A stretch of 64,000 nucleotides of DNA, taken from the NCBI RefSeq assembly GCF_009914755.1, contig NC_060926.1; one strand, 5' to 3'. The notes below the pieces were generated by a model. That model saw nothing but the letters and a program-made list of their open reading frames with translations. It was not told the DNA's origin and did no database searches. This DNA is from the human T2T-CHM13v2.0 reference genome, Homo sapiens. The translations under genes and the position numbers were made by a program. This document shows positions 55,521 through 64,000 of the stretch, in pieces (position 1 is the first letter of the stretch; each line of letters begins with the position of its first letter).

Positions 55521-57598
55521 CCACTTAATTTTATATCACAAGAGCACATTCTTAAATCTTTATTCAAGGACAGGAGGCCCTGGAACTAACTAATGAAGGA
55601 AAGGGAAATTGCTGTGTGCCATCAAGCAGAGGATCAGAAAAAGAATATGAGAATAATTTTATTAGCACTTACAATTCACTGCGTTTCAACTATTGCAAAA
55701 TAACAGTATGCAAGAGTGTAGGTTGTCTTACAGAAATGATGTGCTCTTGTTTGTGGCAGCTCATTTTAGGGGAGAAGTCATCTAGGTTACCATGTGTTTG
55801 TAGAGCAGAAGACTTAAAAGTGGACAAAGGAAGTTGGCATTATTCTGGAGGATAGAAAATCAACCCAACTTCTCTTCCCACCACTGGACTCTGGGTGAGC
55901 TTGAGAATGGGAAGTCTTTTCTGTTGCCTAGTGAGTCAACTCTTAATGTAGTCTACCGTGGACATCAGGGTTGGTCTGAATGTAAAGTTGCATGCCCCTG
56001 GACACAGTGCTTGGGTGAGAGATGACAGAGGAACAGCTGGACAAAGTAAATGGGGTGAGAATAATGGCCTGGAGGTCCTTGGGGAAAACTTGTCACCACC
56101 TTAGGTTGGCTGTGACTATTTACTAATATGAGCTGTGATCAGAGGCTGAGGGATAAAGCAGGCCAACATTTCCTTTTCTTCTTATTACTGATTTCTTCTA
56201 GTTCTTCCCCCATAATTGGCCCCAACCTTCTAAAGAAAAGGCTCTGCAGACAGCAGTGGGGGAAAATCAGTCTGATGTAGTCTGGAGAAAATCTTTGTCC
56301 TGCCCTGTTTTCCTGTAGCTTTGAAAATCTCAAATGCAAGGCCAAACAACGAATTATTATTAACGTGATAGAGGAAACTGGTACTATTAATGTCATGCAA
56401 GGAGAAAGCCCATTTTGAGTAGAAACAGAAGGACATTTATGAGGGGAAAGTTGGCTGGGTAGGGCAAAACTGAGTAGTAGAAAATTTAACTGTAATTATT
56501 CCATTGAATTTTTTTAGAAGGACTCTTCAAATTATTGAAAGTTGCTTAGTAATTAGCATAGTAACCATTTACAAAATACACTCTGACCTAGAGCAACAGG
56601 GAAGGGAGTCAGAGAGACAAGTTTTGTGCAGACTGTCAGCTACAGCAGGAAAGTATGCACGGTGAATTTCCACGTTAGGTCAGGCCCATGTAAAATTTAC
56701 AAATGGCAGGGGGTATGGAGGAATAAAGGCATTAGCATTGCATATGACCTGGTGGCCCTTTGAAAACTGTGTTTGGGGTTTATGTTTCTAGTTGCAGCTA
56801 AATCTGAATTTGAGGTTTTAATCCTTTTGAACCAAGCTAGGTCTAAGAATTAGACATTTGATCTCATGCATCTTATCCAGCACACAAAAACTTGAGTGCT
56901 TCCTTGGCTTGGACATAAGCTGGATCCCAGCTGGCCCCTGATTTTAGTTTCTGTGAAGTGATTAGTGATTAGGTGGCACCATGGTAAGGCAGGGTGCTGT
57001 GGTGGCAGGGTCTTCCCCCCATGCAGAAGGGCCCCTGCAGAACACAGCAGTAAGTTTTTTAACTGGCCTACTCCTGCTTGCCCCAGAGGGCTGAGAATTG
57101 GTTTTTAGATAGCTGATTTGTTTGTTATTGGCTCTAATTAGGCAGGTAGGCTTAGCTCCTTTAATTATTCATGCTACTTTGCGGAAGCTTAAGCTACTTA
57201 TTCAGAGTTCCAGGGCCAGGACTTGGGTGGGAATTCTTTGGCAGGGCCAGCTGCAGAATTAGCATTAATGTGATACTAATCCCTGGGATGGCCCCTCAGA
57301 GCAGTGTACCCAAATGTTTGTTTTTCACATCTAGAGTCCACAAACATGTGCTCAGTAATGTCCAGCAGGCTCTAGCACTCAACATCTAGATGGCATGGTT
57401 TATGGCCAAGGAGCTTTGGAGCATTGGTCAAAGTCTCAAGCAGAGAGATCAGAGATACAGTCTAGAAGGTATTCTTATATTTAATCTCTCTCTGGAGGCA
57501 TTGGACTCATATGGCCTAAATTTTTTGACTCAGATACCTGTACATACATGTACACCCCTCACCTTGCTCTCTTCACACACTTGTTTAAGGGAAAATGA

Positions 57599-57725
57599 GG
57601 CCAGGCATGGTGGCTCACTGCTGTAATCCCAGCACTTTGGGAGGCTGAAGTGGGTGGGTCACTTGAGGCCAGGAGTTTGAGACCTGAGTGGGCAACATAG
57701 CAAAACTCTGTCTTTCCAAAAAATC
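57599..57725 (+). mobile_element. Alu left monomer (FLAM_C-like)
   Basis: Single arm; degenerate TSD aaggg(a/c)aaatg. Confidence 0.88.
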
Positions 57726-58559
57726 TAAAGGGCAAATGGGACAGATTATGTAAAAATCATTCAGAAAATAATTTGTATGCAGCAAAATTAACTATATTTA
57801 GATATCCCATGTTGGTTATTATACCTGGGTATCTTTTTCTTCTGTCACTTATGCTTAAGATTTGTCTTCACGTATGGTAAATACCTGCATACCATTACTT
57901 ATGAGATGGCTTTCCACATAGTTAGTGGGATGTACACTGATATTAGGATATTAGGAAGAACCTCAGACCAAGTATAAATGGCTGAAAAAAAAAAAAGCCC
58001 TCACAAGTGATGGTGTATTGGTAAAAGTGGTAAAAAGAGATGAGAAGGTCTCTAGAGCGTCTCTCTTGAATATAGAGATTCTAGCATTTTAATTTTGTTC
58101 AAGGTGGGATTGACAGATATAGCTAGTTGAATTTTCAGGAAGTAATAGAAAAATAGTTTAACAAACCAAATTGCTAATTATGTTCTCAGCGAATTGCTGT
58201 AATATTCTGGTGTTTTATTGTGTGATATTTTATAGGAGTTAGAAGGATCTTGACTGTCCCTTTCTAGAAAAAAGTCAGGGTGCAGAGACTTTACGAGGTG
58301 GCCCCCACCACAATACTACCTTGACCCAGCCTGGACTGCTGGTTAGAGCCCCAAAGATTGTTCCCTTCATTTTAGGTTTCCTCTATGGTGCTATAGCATG
58401 TATACATAAAACATTGTTTATACCACTAAAAGACGTGCTTAGTTTTTTTTTTTTCTCCATTTCATTCACTGAAGATACCTCAAATGCAAAACACCACGCG
58501 GTATTGCAATCCCGTGCTTGATAAGTTCAGGCCTTTTCCAACTTCCTCACCCCATTGCT

Positions 58560-58841
58560 TTTTTTATTTTTCTTTTTTTTTTGAGACAGGGTCTGGCTTT
58601 ATCACCCAGGCTGGAGTGCAGTGGCACTATCTTGGCTCACTGCAGCCTCCACCTCCCAGGCTCAAGCCTGCTGACTAGCTGGGACTACTGGTGCACACTA
58701 CTATGCTTGGCTATTTTTTCCAATTTTGTAGAAATGAGGGTCTCACTATGCTGCCCAGGTTGAACTCCTGAACTCAAGCAATCCGCTGACCTCAGCCTCC
58801 CAAGGTGCTGGAATTACAGATGTGAGCCATCTCTCCTGACC
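58560..58841 (-). mobile_element. AluJ with internal deletions
   Basis: Poly(T) head, both arms. Confidence 0.92.
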
Positions 58842-58859
58842 TACACATACTAATGTAAA

Positions 58860-59262
58860 AGTTGGGAACTACATGGTATCTACTATAACACATCTCAAAA
58901 TTTCAGTGGCCTATTGTGACTCTGACCTAAAAGCTCAGCATAGATGTTCTTGGCAGGTGGGTTGCATATTTCTCTCTTTTTGTGCCTTACTATTCCCTGG
59001 GGCTTTGGAGTCCTCTGAATCTAGCTGGCCTATGAAAAAGAGAGGATGAAAACTCTCCATTTTGCCACCTTTGCCTGGAAGTGACGTATATCACTTCCTC
59101 CAGTGTTTCTGGTAGTGAGAAATAGTCTCAGTAACCCATCTAGTAATTGATAGAAATGGCCTGGTAAATGTAGTCCTTGGCGGAAAGCTCCTCTCCAGTG
59201 ATAAGTTCATAGTATGAAGGGGGAAGTGGGAATTTTGGTGGACAAGTAGACCCCTCTGTCCA
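58860..59262 (-). mobile_element. Old MaLR LTR (MLT1K/J-like)
   Basis: aaaatttcagtggc; ggaagtga...tcacttcc; aaatgtagtcc. Confidence 0.65.
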
Positions 59263-59298
59263 CGATATTTATATGTTCCAAGAATCTAGATTGGGCAA

Positions 59299-59660
59299 TG
59301 TCTTAGTTTGGGCTGAAATAACAAAAATACCATAGACTTGGTGGCTTCAACAACACATTTCTCACAGTCCTGGAGAGTAGAAGTCCAGCATCAAGGCACT
59401 GGCAGATCTGGTGTCTGGTGAAGGTATGCTTCATGGTTTGCAGATAGCTGCCTTATTGTCTCCTCACATGGTGGAAAGAGAGACCACTGGTTTCTTCATC
59501 CTTTTATAAGGGCACTAATCCCATTCATAAGGGCTTTACCCATATGAATTAATTATTTCCCAGAGGCCCCATCTCAAAATACCATCACATTGGAGATTTA
59601 GAGATCACCATATGAATTTGTGGGGTGGGGAAGAGGGACAAAAACATTCACTCCATAGCA
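59299..59660 (-). mobile_element. MLT1A-type solo LTR
   Basis: tgtcttagtttgggctg...ttataagggcactaatcccattcat...acattcactccatagca. Confidence 0.9.
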
Positions 59661-60002
59661 GATGATATGGATACTGTGGAGCTAGACATTTGATTTGCTG
59701 CTCTGTACCTGACATGGAGCAAATATACCTCTTGGGGTATATTTCACCACTGGCCATGCCTGTTTGCATAGCTTGTTGTCAAGATTAATTGAGAAAGAAT
59801 GTCTGATAGTATACTGAGCAGAGAAACTTACTGTAACTGCAAAGCAGTGGTAGAAGAATAATAATGCACCCCCCCTGCGGTGAAAAAGATGCTCTAGCCC
59901 AGCAATAATGGTATTGACTTCATGAAACCACTTCTGACCTGCGGCAGATTGCTGGATTGATTTAGTGCTGCTTTTTTTTGGAAACAAGCCTTGATTATGC
60001 CT

Positions 60003-60069
60003 TTTTACAGTCTATCAGTTTGTGTGAAACTGACTATATTTTACAGTCTATCGGTTTGTGTGAAACTGA
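60003..60069. repeat. 31-bp direct repeat, period 36
   Basis: ttttacagtctatc(a/g)gtttgtgtgaaactga, two copies. Confidence 0.95.
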
Positions 60070-60729
60070 GAGCAACCCTGGTGACTCTCATGGCTAGGAT
60101 ACCATGGTACCTTGATAAGAATTCCAGATTCAAACAACAGAAACAAAAGTGACACAGTAGTCCCCCTCTTGGGCAGTCTTCAAGCACATCTTGAAGAGTT
60201 ATATAGTTGGTCTTTGAATATCACTGCCTTTTGGCTGTTTCTTCGATTTATATAAAAGAGGCCAATTTGAAGCCATTCACTCAGTACTGTATCACTCACA
60301 TCTGTTGTAAAAGGCATTAGAATCTGTGGAGTGAGGAAAAAACAGAGCCTTTATGAAATGTGCGCTTGAAATGAGAGATGTTTGTCTTAAATTTGGACAG
60401 GATAAATAAGAGACTTACATGGAAACTTTGGAAGCTGTTTTAGTGAAATTTGCCCTTAAGGTCTTGTCTTATTCCAAAATGATGAGGCAGAATGCCCAAA
60501 TGTTAGCATTTGACATGTGAAGAAAAGGAAAAATTGGATAAAAAGTGAAGAATATGTTCAAATTTCTCTATACAAGCATTAGAGAATATAAGAAGGCCTG
60601 TTCAGCATTGGGTTTAAATAGGGAATAATTAGGAAATGGTGTAATGTATTATTTACTCACTGTTTTTCTAGGGACAGTCATTCCAGAATCAAAATCAATT
60701 GGTCAGCTTCACCTGGTAGCTAGAAGTAA

Positions 60730-61060
60730 AAGCATGGCAAATTCAGATGCCCTCAAGGGCCACGCAGGTAACCTTAAGTGGGTGATGCAGGTTCTAAATT
60801 AGAGTGGGGAATGGACAGATCAAGTCCCTGGAGGAAGAGGGAGAAAGTAGATATTGAAGCTTAATGCAGAAATACAGGACCAGTGTTGTTACGTCTTCAG
60901 ACTTTTAAAGGAGACTGAAATATAGGTGGTTTTTTTATTTTTTATTTTTTGAGACATATGACTTTTAATGTCAGCTCGGGTGTTTTGAGGTACTGTGTAG
61001 GTCAGTGAAAAATTGTCTGCTAGTCTTAATTTTCCTGAGAGCTACCTGTCTGTGGCATCT
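60730..61060. mobile_element. MER102-like hAT element
   Basis: gcaaattcagatgccctcaagggccacgcaggtaac; ccagtgttgttacgtcttc. Confidence 0.55.
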
Positions 61061-61476
61061 ATTTTAGTGGCCAGGGAAAGCAGATTTGCTTCTTGGCGCG
61101 GGATGGACAGGGAGGGCTCTTTGGTTTAGCAACATATTCTCTGAGTAAACAATCAGGCTACATTTTTGCAGTCATAGCGTCAGGGGGCTGATGCCATTTT
61201 TAATCACTTGTAAAGCTCTAGGGGCTATATGGAGAACCTACTGTTACTTGATACTCTTTCATAAAGTAAAATTTTATTTACTTTATAAAAATGCCATAAT
61301 CATCAGTTGCCGGCACTTATGTTTCTAGTACCCGAGATTAGGAAATCAACAAAAATGGTTTATTTGGGATTGGAAACATAACCAATTTAAGATCTCTTTA
61401 GTTACTTGAAAAGAAAGTAGAAATAAAAGGCATTCAGATTCTTGGCTGGCCTGTGAAGTGGAAGGAATTCAGTTTA

Positions 61477-61478
<2 letters not shown>

Positions 61479-61512
<34 letters not shown>
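61479..61512. repeat. (TG)17 microsatellite
   Basis: Read directly from sequence. Confidence 0.97.
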
Positions 61513-61513
<1 letters not shown>

Positions 61514-62513
61514 CAATAGCTAATTGTAATGCAGGTTTAATGTCCCTATCTTTTTAGTAGGTTTGGCTTTTGGAGAAAAAAGTTGCTTGGTGTAGAAAAT
61601 AATTATGTCATATATGAAAATGGTCAAAAATGAAATATAATCAAGGGGAGCTGTTAATAGTTTTGCATGTCTTTAAAAAACTGCTAGTTTTATTGAAAAT
61701 TTATCAAACTTAACCTTTGAAAATAAGACAGGTTATTATTTTCAAGGTTCAAGGTTTATTTTTCCCAAGAGAAGACAAGTTTTGTTGGATATGTGTGTGT
61801 TTTGGTTTTTTAATCAAGCCAGGTTTCATTTTCTTACTTTTAAGTAATGGATATATGGTAATTAAATAAGAAAACAGATTAAAAAGACAATTTTTACCTA
61901 AAAGATTTGTTGAAACCTGAAAGTGACCTTTGTAAGTCACCATCTTTTTTCTGAACCTTCATCCATAAATTGGGAAGAGTTTCCTCTATCTTGCAGATTG
62001 TTCTTTAGCATTAAATGAATATCTGTGTAATGTGCCTGTTGCAATACTTCCACGTAATAGGGACTCATTCCTTTCTTTGCTCTCTTTGATCCTGAAGACA
62101 TCAAGGAGGGTGCTGACTCCCCATACTGATCCTAGCTGGGGAAAGAATATAGCTTGGGCTACTTTTGTTTTGGGGTCATATTTAAGTTAATTTGGTCTAG
62201 TATGCCGTGTCTGTGGTTCTTGGGCATCAGCATTTACCCGTTTTATGAAACTCTCTGTAAATTATAGCCATATAGCAGGTGCTTAGAGTGGTCTCACCGT
62301 TAATACATTTTTAAATCACATTTGTAGATTCTGGACAGAAAAGTCAGGACCTTAACCACCAGTAGAAAGCAGGTAATGAACTTGTGTGTACTGCCAAGTG
62401 ACCTCTCTACTGAGAACATCTAAGGATAAGCCACAAAATGAGAAGTGGACGTGAAACCCCTTTGGATCAGCCTGCCTTAACTAAATGGAAGAATTGGGGC
62501 TTTACTGCATGTT

Positions 62514-62650
62514 TATTATTATTTTATTTTTGGTAGGCACCAGGTCTCGCTATGTTGCCCAGGCTGGTCTGAAATCCCTGGTCTCAAGTGATCCTCTTGA
62601 CTCAGCCTCCCACAGTGTTGGATTAGAGGCGTGAGCCACAATGTCTGGCC
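62514..62650 (-). mobile_element. Alu left monomer (FLAM_C-like)
   Basis: Single arm; perfect TSD tttactgcatgtt at 62501-62513 and 62651-62663. Confidence 0.92.
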
Positions 62651-63792
62651 TTTACTGCATGTTAATTTGGCGTTTCAGCAGCCAACTCAGCTGGGAAGTT
62701 GCTTGCTTGTTGGGAAGACATGGGCAAGAGAAAAGTTTGATAAATGTGCATGCTGTGACTTTATGCTTGCAAAAAACCAAAATCTCACAGTTGTCAGTAC
62801 AGCCATAAATGCTAACATCTACTTCTGCTTCTTGACAAATGCATTGCTGATAAGGACAAGGGAAATGGCCCGCTTGACTGTGTTTAGGGTCAGGAATTCT
62901 TCCCTTTGCCTTAGAATAAAAAATAGTGTTTTCTTGGAATGTTAAGATTGAAAGTGTCTTCACCGGATTCAATTTCTGTGACATCAGTTCTAGAAGCCCT
63001 CCTTGATGTATATGGGTAGTTCACAACAGTGAGTAACTGTGGTTAAAAAACAAAGAAGAGTAAGTTGTTACAGGTAGAGGCATGTAGAGAACACATTCTT
63101 ATTAGTGCCGGAAGTCCTTATCCAAGAGTCTGCATGCAGAACACAGAGGTGAATTTCATTCTTTTTCTTTGAAGCATTTTCTTAATCTTTTCACATCAAA
63201 ATGAGGGAGGACTTTTGTGGGAATGATGAAAACACTACTTATGAAAGATTGTTAAGTTCTTATTTGAGTCTGAAATATGACTAAATCTTGCCAGCCTATC
63301 AGATGCAGTTGAAATGGGAACCTCTGCAAAACTGTGGGAATCAAAGAAAAACTGCCTTCACCTTGTCTTTTTCAAAGAAGGGGATGTAGGGAAGGCAAGA
63401 TCCTCTTCATGACTTTTTGGAAGGGTGATTTCTATAGTCTTAACAACATTTGTAGACCACGTAATATGTGCAGAGCACTAAATGGGTTTATAGGTAATGA
63501 AATTTTAGACTTGGAGTTGACCTTAATTGTAATTTTATTCAACCTGCTTATTTTGAAAATGAGACAATTAAGAGGAAGTTTACTGCCTCTTTAGGAAGTT
63601 AAACAGCTACACATCTTTATAAATATTTTTGAGTTTTATGATGTAGCAAGTGATTGATACTCACAAGCACACCCAGCACATTCAAATACAGAGGATCTAC
63701 AGAGCATTAACAAGTTCGCTAGATAATAGTGATACATTTTCTAGGAAGAGGTGGGATTTGAACCAATTTTAGTAAAAAGGGGAGGAAAGACA

Positions 63793-63940
63793 GAGTGGTA
63801 GTGCATGCATGTAGTGCTAGCTACTTGGGAGGCTGAGGCAGGAGGATTCTTGAGCCCGTGAGTTTGAGGCTGCAGTAGGCTATAATCATGCCACTGCACT
63901 CCAGCCTGGGTGACACAGAGCAAGACCCTGTCTTCAAAAT
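63793..63940 (+). mobile_element. Alu right monomer (FRAM/FAM-like)
   Basis: gctacttgggaggctgagg...gaccctgtct. Confidence 0.85.
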
Positions 63941-63951
63941 GGGGGACAGGA

Positions 63952-64000
63952 GGCCAGGCGTGGTGGTTCATGCCTGTAATCCCAGCACTTTGGGAGGCTG
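63952..64000 (+). mobile_element. Alu 5' end, cut by window end
   Basis: ggccaggcgtggtggttcatgcctgtaatcccagcactttggg. Confidence 0.95.

Overview
Human genomic DNA (Alu/L1/L2/MIR/MaLR landscape, including a human-specific AluYg6). It most likely lies inside a large intron of a + strand gene, but no coding exon of a host gene can be identified. The only protein-homologous sequence is a full-length processed pseudogene of NUDC (11682-12952), with 5'UTR, a frameshifted CDS, 3'UTR, poly(A) signal and a 19-bp target-site duplication (TSD). The rest is transposon fossils and unique sequence. I see no clear new biological system. The best leads are: (i) the NUDC retrocopy keeps an uninterrupted C-terminal frame and sits between co-oriented antisense MaLR LTRs; (ii) a near-consensus AluYg6; (iii) an L1 twin-priming inversion, an L1 micro 3'-transduction and an unusually preserved old TSD; (iv) an AP-1/ARE/TEAD motif cluster at 27.8-33.0 kb with a candidate microexon; (v) small recent duplications. 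Repeat subfamily names come from recalled consensus features, not from a search, and boundaries of old repeats are approximate.
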